From Leptogorgia sarmentosa (lineage: Eukaryota), in contig OZ210885.1 of the NCBI GenBank assembly GCA_964658305.1, positions 6,200,001 through 6,264,000 of the forward strand: DNA of 64,000 nt. The letters run 5' to 3'. Under the pieces are notes generated by a model, which saw only the letters and a program-made list of their open reading frames with translations, was not told where the DNA came from and ran no database searches. Below are positions 13,351 through 26,289 of the stretch, one piece after another. Position 1 is the first letter of the stretch. Each line of letters begins with the position of its first letter. The translations under genes and the position numbers were made by a program.

Positions 13351-14463
13351 TTTGTGAACAAATGAACTGAGCAAATGTAAAGCGGACGTGATGTAACGAT
13401 GGACCACTATGTGCGGCATTAATTGACATGACATAAACATGAACGTTGTTAAATGAACGAGATGTTTTCTTTAAATTAACCACAACAACTTTAAAGCAAC
13501 TCATCAATGCATATATGTAACTATTCTTATGCTGTGTAAGTTTTTATTTAGTTTCAGTTCGTGTGTAATATGTGAAATACCCAAAGTCTATTGAGCATTT
13601 CTGTTCTTTGTTTACATTGTCAGTATGGCCGCCGTACTGGGTCAGACGCAAGCAATTTGTACCAACTTCGAGAATAAATAACGCTACGCACGATCAATTG
13701 CCCAGGCAAATCGTTATATAATTGGAAAGTATATCATCTAGACTTGTATTTACCAAAGTTTCAAGAGATTTAAAGCTTACGCACATTCACAACATGAATA
13801 TTTGTGAGATATATTTTTATCGAGTCAAATTACCTGCCTCGGGAACATAATAACTTTGATCGGTTAAATCTAACCAATCGCTTCGAAGGCAACCTCAAAG
13901 ACAGAAAACGGATAGTATTACTAGGATTAAGTGGTTTGATGTCCGTAGAATAAACAGATTTTTTATGGGACGTCTCGAAAGTTCACCCAAATTTTACCGC
14001 TAAAATTGGCATTTCTGACGGTCAATGAAAGAATACTGTTTTCTACCTAAAAACAAAATATTTAAACAAACAAACTACATGGTGATTCTTAGGACATAAT
14101 ACTCTACCAATACTGAAAATATCAGCGAAATCGAAATTTGAAGGTTGGCCAGGCTTGTTTGATAATTACGTACAATGCCTCTTAACTATTTAATGGCCAT
14201 TTTTAACCAGCTACAAAGACTGTGTTTTGATGATGTAAGGCATTCTCCAGATAATTTCGAAGCTTATGCGGTAAATAGACATGTTTCATCTGTTTACGAA
14301 ATACAGAGAATTCCATCAGTAAACATTACTAGAAGAAACCAATGCATATTTCAACATAGAAATAATGTTGGTGCTAATTTAAATAATCTTGTAATCATTA
14401 CACCCATGAAGAATTTTCCTAAAACTAAAATATACCTATAATATAAAATATAATATATAAAAT

Positions 14464-15547
14464 ATGCTAAATGCCCGTACCTTAAACAACAAGGCCATGT
14501 TTATAAAGGACTGTGTTGTAGAACACCGTGTAGATTGTTTGGCAGTAACAGAAACTTGGTTAAACTCAAACAACACCACCCCCATAGCCTATACTTCATG
14601 GAATATGCATAAATGCATACCCGCGAGGACAGAGTTCATTAATCAAATGATTAATGAACTCTGTCCTCGTGGGTATGCATTTATGCATATTCCACGAAGT
14701 ATAGGCTATGGGGGCGGTGTTGGCTTATTGTATAACAAGAATTACAAGACAGAAAAACAAAATGTTGCCCAATATTCATCATTCGAGTATATGGAAACTT
14801 TAATTAGATCGCCTAGTACAATTCTCAGGATCGGTATAGCTTATCGACCCCCTCCTTCTGCAGAGAATGGACAAACAGTTAACATGTTTTTCGAAGAATT
14901 TTCTGACTTACTTGGACGATTGGCTGTATCCAGCGGCAAACTCGTATTGGTTGGAGATTTAACTTTCACGTTGATGATCTCACAAACCCTCAGGCTGCAA
15001 GATTCCTTTATTTACTGGACTGCTACAATTTAAAGCAGCATATAACTGGTGCAACTCACAAAGCAAATCACACCTTGGATCTTGTGATTACTAGGTCATG
15101 TGAGGATATGATTCACAGCTGGTCATCCATGGACCCCTGGATTATATTGCTCAAGGTTGTCGATTCCTGTGCACCTTTAAATACATGCATAGTAAGTTCA
15201 CGACCGTCTGCACCATGGTATACCGAGAACATTTCTAAGGAGAGATGGAAGTGTCATCAACTCGAAAGACGTTGGCGTAAGTCTGGATTAGATATGGATA
15301 AACAACAGTATAATGATCAGTGCAAACAGGTAAAGGATGCCATCAAGTCGTCAAAAATGAATTATTACTCTGCATTTATTCTTGAAAACAAGTCGGATCA
15401 CAAAGTTTTGTTTAATACAATAGATTGTCTTCTTGCACCGCAAAAATGAAAAACATTATCCCACATGCAATTCTGTCGCTGAACTGTGCAATTCATTTGC
15501 CAACTTCTTTTCTGAAAAAATCGTGGCAATAAGACAAGAGATTGATG
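14464..15547 (+). mobile_element. Decayed L2/CR1-group LINE, APE endonuclease region
   Basis: LNARTLNNK, AVTETWL, GGGVGLL, YRPP, LVGD, TH..HTLDLVIT and APWYT motifs, with frameshifts. Confidence 0.85.
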
Positions 15548-16453
15548 CAAGGGCGTCAATCCGTCCTAAAAAGTGGGGGGGACCATAAGCGTACAGGCTA
15601 CATTTTTTCAGGGGGGCAGAAAGATCTTTGCCCGAATTTGAGGGTAGTGAATGTCACGAGGCGCCACCATGGTTGGCGCCGAGCGAGAAATTTTTGAACT
15701 TTTACAACATCTGGATTGCTGGAAACGGCGATTTCAGAGTCTTAACTCCACTTTCTTGGTACGCTCGTTCAGGTGAACGACTGGAGGATTGTTGACATTA
15801 TTTGAATTTTTTGGGGGGCAGTTGCCAATATAATTTAGGGGCACGCCTCGTACGCCTATGGCGGGGGGGGGGACAAAAATCTGTCTGTTGTAAAATAGTA
15901 ATGAAACGTGCCCCTTTCTAGAAGGGTTTGGGGGCAATCTTCCCCGAAAAATTTTGAAATTTGAAACATCATGCACAAATACCATTTTCAGCGTTCTGGG
16001 AACGATTTTTACCAAAATAATTCCGCCGAATTTCTTGCCTAAATTATATGAGAATTTTTTGTCGATGTCGAATGTGTATTATTCGAATACGTAATATTTT
16101 TCATAAAACAACAAAGATTTTAATCGCAAATGAAATGATTTCTTTAACAATTATATCAATTGTACATAAAATGAACGTGTGTACGTGGCTGAGGTATGTT
16201 TATTGCCTTTACAATTAGGATTTCATTCGCAGAACTATTCGAAGGCTCCGAATAGTTTTCTTCTGATCTAAGATTGTTGATTGTACTTCACAATTCACGA
16301 TGTATAGCATACAGGAATGAGGTTTTAAGATTACCAAAAAACAATTTTTTTCAAACATGATAAAAAGTGGGGGGGATAATTACATATTTGTCCCCCCCAC
16401 TTCAAAAAGTGGGGGGGACGCGTCCCCCCATCCCCCCAGGATTGACGCCCTTG
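15548..16453. mobile_element. Non-autonomous hAT-type element (906 bp)
   Basis: 15-bp TIR CAAGGGCGTCAATCC / GGATTGACGCCCTTG, with a perfect 8-bp TSD GATTGATG (15540-15547, 16454-16461). Confidence 0.92.
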
Positions 16454-16587
16454 GATTGATGATTTACCTAATGCTTATTCAATAAATCAAATCACAAAGG
16501 TTCAATGAAAAAGTATAGAATGATATTATAGTTATAAATTGACTTCACATATTTACAGATAATATACACAATTGTGCAAGTCATGTC

Positions 16588-19500
16588 TAGGCAATCATGT
16601 TTTGTTGCCAAGGCACAGATACATGGTTATTAAAGTAGTTGGTCAAAAGTTCCCTAAGGGTTTTTGCCTTGTTAGATGCATTGCATAATGTTGTTGCTTG
16701 TATGCTGCTCAAAACCGTGTCATTTCTCCAAGTTCCTTGAATCAATGAATGATCTGCCTTCTCTAAATCTGCAGCTGATATGTAGCTCGCTTTGTTTTTG
16801 TTAGTGCTCTCCTTCGATACGAAACTCTGTTTACAGACGTTTTATAATTTATTGTTTTCTCAACGTATTTATTTACATCAAAACCTATCAAACAGTACAA
16901 CCATGCTCATTCCGCATGTCCCACAGGGCACCCACACCCGAACAACAAATATGAACATATATACATATGTATATCCCTATCATTTTTCTCCATCATCAGA
17001 TTATGCAAACAACAGGCTGCAAAAATTAAGTCTGTCACTTTTTCAGGTGACAGCTTAATAGTTGTCAAGAAAACTCTCCATCTATGGGCCAGAATACCAA
17101 ATGCATTTTCGACAACTCTATGTGCTCTTGACGGCCTGTAATTAAGGATAAGATGTGTTTCTCCTTCTCCAAGTTACGATAAGGGAATGGCTTCATCAAT
17201 CTGACATTCAAAGGGAAGGCATCATCTCCCACAACATGATATGATATTTTTGTTGATATCCCTTCTAACTCAACTGCTTCTGGTAGATCCAAACCATTTG
17301 TTGCTAATGCTTTTTTTAATGCTGAATCAGCAAAAACACCAGCATCTCCTGCTCTGCCAGCTGCCCCAACATCAACATCAATAAATTTATAATTTGCATC
17401 AACCATAGCCAGTACAATTATGCTAAAATAATGCTTATAGTTAAAAAACTGATCCTGTGTCTGGTGGTTGTTGAATGGCAACATGTTTTCCATCTATAGC
17501 TCCTAAACAGCCCGGATAATTTTATTTGCTTCTGAATTCCGATGCAATTTGTAACTGTTATGGGCTACTGTGGCTGGTGGCAAGACAGTTCAAGACATAT
17601 ACATAGACAAGTCTGCCATATTGTATAGCTTAAAAATCGTACATATATAATACTTGTTTTATGCTTATTACTTGGTGTCAGGAGTCTCGAATACCACTCC
17701 AGCATTTACCCAACGGACTGCCGATCCTATAGATCAGTCAGGTTTGACAGAACTATTGATTTTCACCGCATTATTTATCACTTGACGCCCACAAATTCAG
17801 TATTTACAATGCCCAAAGACAACGACAGACCCTACTTTGACGCCAGTGCACCAGATCGTCGCCGTGCATTCAAGTTCTTTGTGGCCAATTTTTGAGATTA
17901 TTGTGTCATGGAGGACTATGTCAACCCCTCGGAGGCTGTGGACTCTGACAAATATTGGATAACAGCGAGACGACCAAAAGCACTAGCTGCACTCAGGCGA
18001 GCCTTCCCTCCGGCAGAATTGGATGTCCTTACCACAACCATTGATGCTCAAATAGACACAGAGCGCAAGCTTCATCCTGCCAGGTGGCTCACCCAACTAA
18101 TAAACCACTACCTTGGAGGTGAGCCAATAATACAAAGTACACACAATTTCCTTCGCATTCTAAAACAAGAACCAGGCATGTCTATACAAGATTGGCACAC
18201 TACAGTTCGACTGAACTACCAAAAATGTGATTTCCCAGCAGCTGTTGATGATCGACTCCAACGGGATATTTTTGTTATATTTTCGCAGTGATATTATCTC
18301 CCATGAGAATTTCGGCACACAGACATTCGCTCGAGTCATCACAAAGGCTCGTGACTTCGAAGATAGTCTGAAAATGGAATCTGCTATTACCCAACATCAT
18401 CTGGCGGAGGTTGTCAACAAGGTTTCCTCCATCAAGCCAACACATTCCCAACCCAGCAATGGCTCAAATCCTCACTCTGGCTCTGCTACTTGTCAATGGT
18501 GTGGTCGTGCACCCCACTCCAGTCGCACGAAACCTCGCCCACAAAACGTCCAGGTCATCACTTATGATGTGTATCAGCTGCAACCCACATCCAAAGGCAT
18601 CTTTGTGGATCTGGATGTCAGTTCATCATCTGCACCATCACCCACTCGCCGCGTCAAATTTCAAGTTGACTCTGGTTGTTCTTGCAATACCATGCACATC
18701 ACAGATATAAAGAAAACGGACAACGTTCAAATGCGTCCATCTCGCGCTGTCCTCCGTGACTACTCCAAGGCAACTATTCCCAGGGGCCAAGCGACCCTTC
18801 ACTGCACTCGCCGCAGCCAGGATTACAAAGTGGTGGTCCAAGTAATCACATCACAGTGCTATTATACTCCACTCATGGGTCTCGCTGACAGAACGCGCAT
18901 TTTCACCTACGATGTCAATACAGTCAATCATACTGATGTGGTTACTGGATCAATTCTTCCACCTCCACCTGGTGAGTTAACTCTAAATTATATTAAACAC
19001 TCCTATCCACATCTATTTGTGGGCCTGGGTGACCTGGGTACCCCATACAAATATATGAGACAACAGACAGTACAAGTTTGCAGAGACATTTATCTATTTT
19101 CTATTCATGTTGTTGTTGTTGAAGAAAGAAGAAAGCGTGTTATGGGCTACTGTGGCTGGTGGCAAGACAGTTCAAGATATATACATAGACAAGTTCGCCA
19201 TGTTGTATAGCTTATAAATGGTACATATATAATACTTGTTTTATGCTTATTACATAACCAACCATCTTTGTTGTTTGGGGTCTGAAAATAAAATATTTGT
19301 TGATTGTCTAGGATGCTGGTGCTAGTTGTGGTACTCCATCATCTGGAAGGAGTTATGGAAATAATGATGATGAAGGTCATGATGAATATGGGGATGAGAG
19401 TGATGAAGAATTCTTAAATCCATCAACTCCAGGCAGCACTCAAAGTGTGGATGGTCTGATTCAGTATCTGCAAGATCTACAAGTGAAGAAGAGTACAATC

Positions 19501-20354
19501 TTCCAAGCACAAGCTGGATTACTAACCCAAGAGATGCAAGCGCAAAGAATGGCCCAAACTCAGAGAAATTACTTCCACCCAATCTGAGCCCTCAACCTGA
19601 GATTTATGGAGAGAATAGTAATAGTTTGCAACCGCTAAACACAGCAACTAAACCAGCTAATTTGTATTACTGATGAAATCCTGTTATTGGTTTCTAACTG
19701 TTTACATCTCATTCCATTGTATTGAAGTTTCACTTAACATGATTAAATTTATACCTTTAAATATTTGTCTTTCATTACTTCATAAAGAGCTTTGCATGTT
19801 TCTTCTACAATTCCTGATATGGTTCTCTCCCCGATTCAATATTGAAAAGAAAGACTTCTAAATGTTTCACCTTAAAGAACAAGTACTACTGTAAGATGAT
19901 TGTTATCCCCAGGCTTGCTGCATGGTGTTTCAACAAGTCTGTAAACATCAAGTTGCATCAAGTCTGTGTTTAACAGACAGTGTATTCAATATATATATTT
20001 AGAAGGTAAAATACAAGCCTGTAGCCAAAAAACGTAAAGTCACTGACAGTAGTCGTTCAGTAGGCTTTAAAGAGCAGCGTAATATCGTGTCTTTTTTTTC
20101 AATTAACAGCGATACCAAAGTCAGAATTTCTTGAAATGCATTTCTGTCCAACCGGTGACACTGGCAAAACTTTTCGGAGTCTTCGCAATACAATTCCAGA
20201 ACAATATTGGCCAGTGTGCAACCCAAGACGTTACCCAAGCCTGTCGATTTGCCGCTCTTAAGCGTCTTCTCCTTCGCCTCAGTAGTAAAAGGAAAAGCAA
20301 GGTTTCTTCGTCTTCTAACGAGCTCGAATCGTATGTTTTATCAACATTCGCCAT
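16588..20354 (-). pseudogene. Spliced PIF/Harbinger (HARBI1-like) transposase pseudogene
   Basis: Exon pieces in order: LLSVTLRFLATG (~20016-20354); FRSLSFQY..TISGIV..CKALYEVM (~19755-19870); TPNNKDGWL|QIASEF..CLGAIDGKHV..NYKHYFSIIVLAMVDANYKF..VGDDAFPL (19282-17080, split by an LTR element); C-terminal RELLTNYF..VPWQ (16588-16800). Confidence 0.88.
17556..19254 (+). mobile_element. Internally deleted Gypsy-type LTR element (gag + protease only, 1.7 kb)
   Basis: 117-bp LTRs at 17556-17672 and 19138-19254, 4-bp TSD TAAC, PBS TGGTGTCAGGAGT at 17673, and a purine tract before the 3' LTR. Protease motif FQVDSGCSCN is present; RT and integrase are absent. Confidence 0.92.
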
Positions 20355-20609
20355 CTTGAATGTGATTCACAATTTCATACCAGCGCCTGCGATGCTAATG
20401 GTTTGAATATTTAAAATAAGCGCATGCGTATTGCCGTCGAGACGCGAGCTATTTCCTCATGTTACACGCACACTGTGAGGAAAATTTCTCACCTGGCAAA
20501 ATTATCAAACATGTTGAATATGCTGCGCCGATGGCACGCGTGCCAATAGCGCAGAAAACGACACCGCACACTTGGGGAAGAAGCTTATGCCAACGGTCAG
20601 GACTGACTG

Positions 20610-20927
20610 GTAGCTCAGAATGAATTTGATGAACTTTGATGTCATGACCATTAGGTAAAAGAGCCCCTGACATGTGGATAATCCAGCATTTGCTTCTGTG
20701 TGTCTCAATTAGTTTGTACTTAGAACAGCATGGTTTCAGTACAAGCAGAATACAGACGTGTTGCTTATCGGCAACTTGCACGACTAGGTTGGGAGGTCAT
20801 TGGAAGGCATATTAGGGTAGTACTTCCATCTTGTGGTGTAAGTTGTATCCGAGCCCATTACCCACCACCTGGAGATGAAGATGATCATTCCTATGTTGGT
20901 TATAGACCACCTCAGGAAGAGGACTAA
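20610..20927 (+). pseudogene. KolX / P2X7 ballast-domain-like accessory gene of a Kolobok transposon (decayed)
   Basis: DNPAFASVCLN..VLRTAWFQYKQ and YRRVAYRQLAR.GW.VIGRHIRVVLPSC.VSCIRAHYP, convergent with a Kolobok transposase. Confidence 0.75.
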
Positions 20928-21186
20928 ATAGTTTTGTAGTCAACCAAATTAAAATCCTTATATACATATAGTTGTGAAAAAACAAAATCCTCTGGTGTTA
21001 GAAAGTATTCAACATTGGCACCCTCCACTCAAGATTAAAAAGTAGGATGTTACTTTTTGTCGCAGTTTTTGAATAATACAGTGTTTTTATGCAGGTATTC
21101 GGATCCTGGGCTGTGGTTCAAATAGCTGTATCCTCATTGAGGTTGTGTGGCGGTTGTTGAATAATACAGTGTTTTTATGCAGGTAT

Positions 21187-22900
21187 TCAGATCCTGGACT
21201 GTGGTTCAAATAGCTGTGTCCTCATTGAGGTTATGTTGTAACCAAGGAAGCCAAAATTAGGTTTTCCAGGGGCTGTTGCCAGTGATGGAAAAAAGTTACA
21301 GTCACTTAGGCTGAAACCTGCTGATGTGTGCTCATTCTTTGATTTTTGAGCTCTCTTTGACTTTTTCTTTGGTCTCTCAAATTGTAACACATTTTCCATA
21401 AGCACATCAAGATACTGGTATTTTTTCCCCTCCATAATTGGTTTGACGACCCATGTTTTGGGGACTTTTGGAAAAACTAGGTTATACCGAAGGCTACCTT
21501 GTGATGATCCCTGCTTGACCACAGCTTGTTTTCTGGAACAGTTGTTGTTGTCTAGAGCTGCAAGCTGTGTGCGAGCGATCATTCCTTCATTGCAAAAGTG
21601 TTGTTGTTTTGGAGAGTACTTTAGCATCATGGAATGGTATACTTCAAGGTCACCAGTGTGATGAAACTCAGTAACTAACTTGAGATCCTTCAGCAGCTTT
21701 TTGTCATAAACCACTTCCTCAGGGCCACATGAGCAGCAGTGCCAGTTTGAGGCCAAACCTTCTCTTTGATTTCTTGCTTTGACAATTTGTGATGAACACA
21801 TTTTTTAAAATGCTTAGCACCTCCCCATAAGTGCTTGTGTTTGCAACATGGTTGACAATTGATGTCCATTTCTCAATTAGCAGGTGATAGTTACCATCAC
21901 ATGTTGCTATGCTCCACCAAAAATGAGAAGAAACAGACTGGATCCAAATTGATAACTCCTGGAACTGCTTCTTTTTACTCTTCTTGGACATTTTTTTTAC
22001 TATCCATTCTGAGAGGTGCCAGACATCATACTGGTGTATAATCTCAGCATGTTTCTTCCTCATTTCAGCTGTAATGGTTGTATGCCGATCAGTTGTCAAA
22101 CATCTCACTTCAACTCCTTTCTTCTTCAGATTTTTTAGCACTCTGTTGCCTCCTTCAGCTCCCATTGCATTGGATGATGAACCCTCAGTTATTTGTACTA
22201 CTTCAAAATCAAGCACTTTGTTAGTATTTTCATCCATAACTGTATATGTCCCATACTTTGCACAATGCCCAGGGCTGTCACTCCACCCATCACCACATAG
22301 ATCTTATTTTGGCAATTTTCCTACTTCATTTATTAGGCTGTCTTGGTGATCTTTCCAAGCCTTGTCAACTACAGGAATAACGATGTCCTTTTGGATGTTA
22401 TAAAAGACACTCTTACCAATGAAAGCCAAATTTAAACATTGGACTAAAGAATTTATATTATGAAATGAATTGCCACTAAAGAGTATCGAACCAGCAAGCA
22501 ACATATTTCCAGCCACTCTCGAATCAATCATTGGTTGTGATTGCCCTCTACTCTGGTGTCCATCAACACATAACGAGTGAACTACCACCATGCTACCAAC
22601 AAGAGTTTTAGAGACCTCAGCTGTGGGTTTGGAACAAATAACATATGAGAAAAAACTTATCAAGATTCACTTCAAAAACAATAAATTTTCCTTGTTCAAC
22701 AGCATTTTTACTGGTTCATTGTCACTTTCATTGTCTGATTCAATTTGACTTTCTGCAGAGACAGGCATGTACATATCATCATCAGCAGCAGCAGCAGAAT
22801 CTATATCAGTACTGGTGGATGTCAATTCTGAATATATACTTTTCTGAGGGGATACAATTTCAGAGGTTAGGTAAAAAGTGGTAACAGGTAACAGTAGCAG
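21187..22900 (-). pseudogene. Kolobok DDE transposase, frameshifted
   Basis: GNMLLAGSILFSG, CGDGWSDSPGHCAKYGTYT, LTTDRH, HQYDVWH, HTGDLEVYHS and ARTQLAALD motifs spread across three frames. Confidence 0.85.
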
Positions 22901-23932
22901 TTGTTTGAGTGTGGTAACTTTCGAATGTCGGTTGATTTGTGTAGGTTTGAAACTTGACTTACACCTTGCCATTTCCATGGTAACGTAGCGCATGCACATG
23001 TTTAGGGGTTTAGTTTAGGTTTCGGGTTTCAATGTTACAAAAGGCTGCACGTTAACAGAGCGAGAACGCTAAGCGAACTATTATCAAGTAACGCGGTCGA
23101 AAGATCTATTTTTGTTATACAAGTTGGTGTGCGCCGACCAAAGTAAGTTATATTCACCTTGTCGTATAGTTAGTTTTGGTCTTATCTTATTATCTATAGC
23201 GTAACATGTTGTAGTATTCATGTATATGCATGTTAGTCTTGCGCGCATGCCGTAATCTGTGTAATTCTTTTCCTAATTGTATAGTTCGAACCATACTCAT
23301 TCCATACCAATCCTATTAATCATCTATCTATCGATACCTACAACCTTTAATCTCAACCTGCTATCAAGCTATATCGACAACAGAACATTCATTATTAACT
23401 GGTATTAAAGTTATTGTTTGGTGTGTGTATGTGTGTGAAGTTCGTATTATTGCTGCGCATCATACTTGTATTGGCTCTTGGACATTGCGTCTTTCAATAA
23501 TCTGCCCAGAGAGTCTACAATTTGGAATATCAGTCTGAGTAGCAACAGTAACAAATTTTGGCTGAGATTGAATGGCAACACTTTTTACCATCGGTAGATT
23601 TTTGGATACCAACAGTTCACATTGGATACCTACTTCTTCCTGTGCTGCCATTGGAATGTCGCCTTGGAAGCATTCTCCCAAGGAAAGGATTCTGGGTTCA
23701 AGGGGTCCTTGGAAGTGTTCTGGGTTTTCAATTTGGCATTGTTCCCCTCTGACTGAACCTTGTTCAAGGCAGTCTTGTAGCATCTTTTAATAAAGAAAGT
23801 AACATGCTTTCTAAACAATTTTATCTGCCATTGTTTGGCAATGTATTTTTACATTTCTTTACCATGATTTCTAATAAATTCCATCACATATATTCAAACT
23901 AGGTGTAGATTGTAATACTGCAAGAAAAATTT

Positions 23933-24093
23933 GCTAGAACATTAATTGGGGGGTGCATATTCATATTTTGGCGTTGTGCCGACTGATTTCTTTAGAAATT
24001 AATTCATAAACAACTGATTTCAAAAGAAATCAGTCAGCAGAACGCCAAAATATGAATATGCACCCCCCAATTAACGTTCTGGCGACGGCCCTG
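23933..24093. mobile_element. Short palindromic MITE; related decayed copies at ~2510-2625 and ~12332-12500
   Basis: ATTAATTGGGGGGTGCATATTCATATTTTGGCGTT.. is followed by ..AACGCCAAAATATGAATATGCACCCCCCAATTAA. Confidence 0.75.
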
Positions 24094-24337
24094 ATAACAG
24101 CCCTGATAACAGCATTATCTTCTACTACAGACCTGCCAACCCTTGAGTAGCAGAAATAGTGAGTGCTATCTGAAAAGTCGTGAGATTGACGGAAAAATCG
24201 TGAGACTTCGAAATTTTCAGGTTTGTTCATTAATATGACCAGGGTTAACTTTAACAACACTAGAAAATACGGTGGCCCAAAAGGGCCATAGCATAAATAT
24301 AAATAATAAATACATATATTAAAAAATTCAAGCAAAC

Positions 24338-24708
24338 AATAATAGTCACAACGCGAACAATAATAGTCACAACGCAAACAAATAGTCACAACGCAAACAA
24401 TAATAGTCACAACGCAAACAATAATAGTCACAACGCAAACAAATAGTCACAACGCAAACAATAATAGTCACAACGCAAACAAATAGTCACAACGCAAACA
24501 AATAGTCACAACGCAAACAAATAGTCACAACGCAAACAAATAGTCACAACGCAAACAAATAGTCACAACGCAAACAAATAGTCACAACGCAAACAAATAG
24601 TCACAACGCAAACAAATAGTCACAACGCAAACAAATAGTCACAACGCAAACAAATAGTCACAACGCAAACAAATAGTCACAACGCGAACAAATAGTCACA
24701 ACGCGAAA
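24338..24708 (+). repeat. 19/21-bp tandem array in the left TIR (~19 units)
   Basis: Units AAATAGTCACAACGCAAAC and AATAATAGTCACAACGC(A/G)AAC. Confidence 0.97.
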
Positions 24709-24771
24709 ATGAGACGGAAAATTACAGTGCCCCCAATTGATCCTTATAGTCCCTTTCCATCGCAATACAAA

Positions 24772-26243
24772 ATGGCTGACGCTGAAAGAGAGACCATTAC
24801 ACACTATTTTAACCTTGGTTATTCAAATGAAGTTATTCTACAGTTTCTATCAACATACCATAATATTCAGATTTCTTCACGGACCCTGAAGCGAAGGTTG
24901 CATGATTTGCATTTAAAAAGAAATGGAAATTTAACAGAGGAAATGCAAGAAAGAGCGAGAACGATCATTGAGCGCGAAATCTCAAATGGGTCTGGTGCAC
25001 GTTTGGGTTACAGGTCGATGTGGCACTTGCTACGACTTCAACACCATATCCATATACCTCGTACAGCAGTTGCTCAAATCATAAAAGAATTAGATCCTGA
25101 TGGAGTGGAACAAAGAAGAAGAAGGCGGTTATCAAGGAGACGTTACCTTAGTTTTGGGCCTAACTTTTGTTGGCATATCGATGGTAATTACAAATTACAA
25201 ATTATCTAGTAGAAACATACATAAACTCAATAAATCGAAGCATTATTCAGATTTACTGTTCTTTGTTATTTTCTGAAATATTGAGTGGTTCCTCTCTATG
25301 CTGCTATGAAACTATTTACGCTGCTTTATTAATATTTGTTTCACTTTAATATTTTTTATTAAACAGAAGGTACAGTGCATGTACATGAACTTTCATGTAT
25401 TTGCCCATTTCTTGCGTAGTAATGTACATAGTACAGACAATGACTTTAAATATAGTTTTCCGTATTGTAGGATATGACAAGCTGAAACCATATGGGTTTC
25501 CAATCCATGGGGCTATAGACGGCTACAGCCGAAAAATTATTTGGCTTGAACTTGTGCGGTCTAACAACAGACCTGAAGTTCCTGCGAGCCTATATCTTAA
25601 TGCAGTAAGAAATAATGAGGGTTGTCCTCTTATTGTAAGAAGCGATTGTGGGACTGAGAACGGAACACTTGCAGGTATGCAGTGCTATTTTCGCCAGAAT
25701 GGAAATGACCAATTTGCCGGGAGCAATGCACATAAATATGGCACATCCCCTGCGAACCAAAGAATAGAGAGCTGGTGGTCTCACTTTCGCAGAGCAAGAT
25801 CGGGGTGGTGGATTGATTTCTTTAAGGATATGGTAGCATATGGTATTTTGGAACTTGGAAATGTTTTGCATATGGAGTGCCTTTGGTTTTGCTTTGAGCC
25901 TGTTCTTTCACAGGAGCTTGAAGATATCAAATTGCATTGGAACACACATCGCATTCGTCATACAAGAAATTATGGTACAGTGTCCGGAGTTCCTGATGTT
26001 ATGTTCTTCTTACCACAGCAGTTTGGTGCAGTTGATTGTAAGCGCATGGTTAGCATGCAAAAGATTGAAGAAATGGAACAACATTTACCAGCACATTATG
26101 ACTTGGAATCTGAAACATCAGAAAACTACAGAGAGTATTTCAATTATGTAATTGAAAACGAAAGTCTTTATCTTCCCAATAATGCAGCTGAGGCTTTCGA
26201 GTTGTACCAAAAACTGATTGGTTTTGCTTGCCCTGTGGATTAA
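24772..26243 (+). CDS. IS3EU DDE transposase, 2 exons (24772-25183, 25471-26243), 394 aa, intact
   Basis: A phase-1 GT-AG intron joins WHIDG|YDKLKPYGFPIHGAIDGYSR. The second Asp is in VRSDCGTEN and the Glu in NQRIESWW. The N-terminus is HTH-like (ISSRTLKRRL, LGYRSMW). 1185 nt, no stops. Confidence 0.92.
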
Positions 26244-26289
26244 TTAGGAGTAGGTTAAGGTTTTATAACCGTGGTTTAGTGGTTATATG

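Larger units (their letters stand above)
4903..14181 (-). mobile_element. Sola3-type DNA transposon, internally deleted, with ~680-bp TIRs and TTAA TSD
   Basis: TTAA at 4899-4902 and 14182-14185, with termini GAGGCATTGTACGTAATT..AATTACGTACAATGCCTC. Inverted similarity runs over 4903-~5585 vs ~13460-14181. GAG..CTC ends, a TTAA target and long TIRs are the described Sola3 hallmarks. Confidence 0.85.

Noticed and set aside
19312..19590. Acidic exon-like stretch on the plus strand inside a Harbinger intron
   Set aside because: No recognisable domain or partner exons. It might be a Harbinger accessory-gene remnant, but this is unsupported.
22926..23385. Possible solo LTR upstream of the Kolobok transposase core
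   Set aside because: Candidate TG..CA ends gave no matching TSD.
24338..24708. CRISPR-like appearance of the 19/21-bp arrays (also 39130-39655)
   Set aside because: Units are head-to-tail with no unique spacers, there are no cas genes, and the arrays are parts of transposon TIRs.
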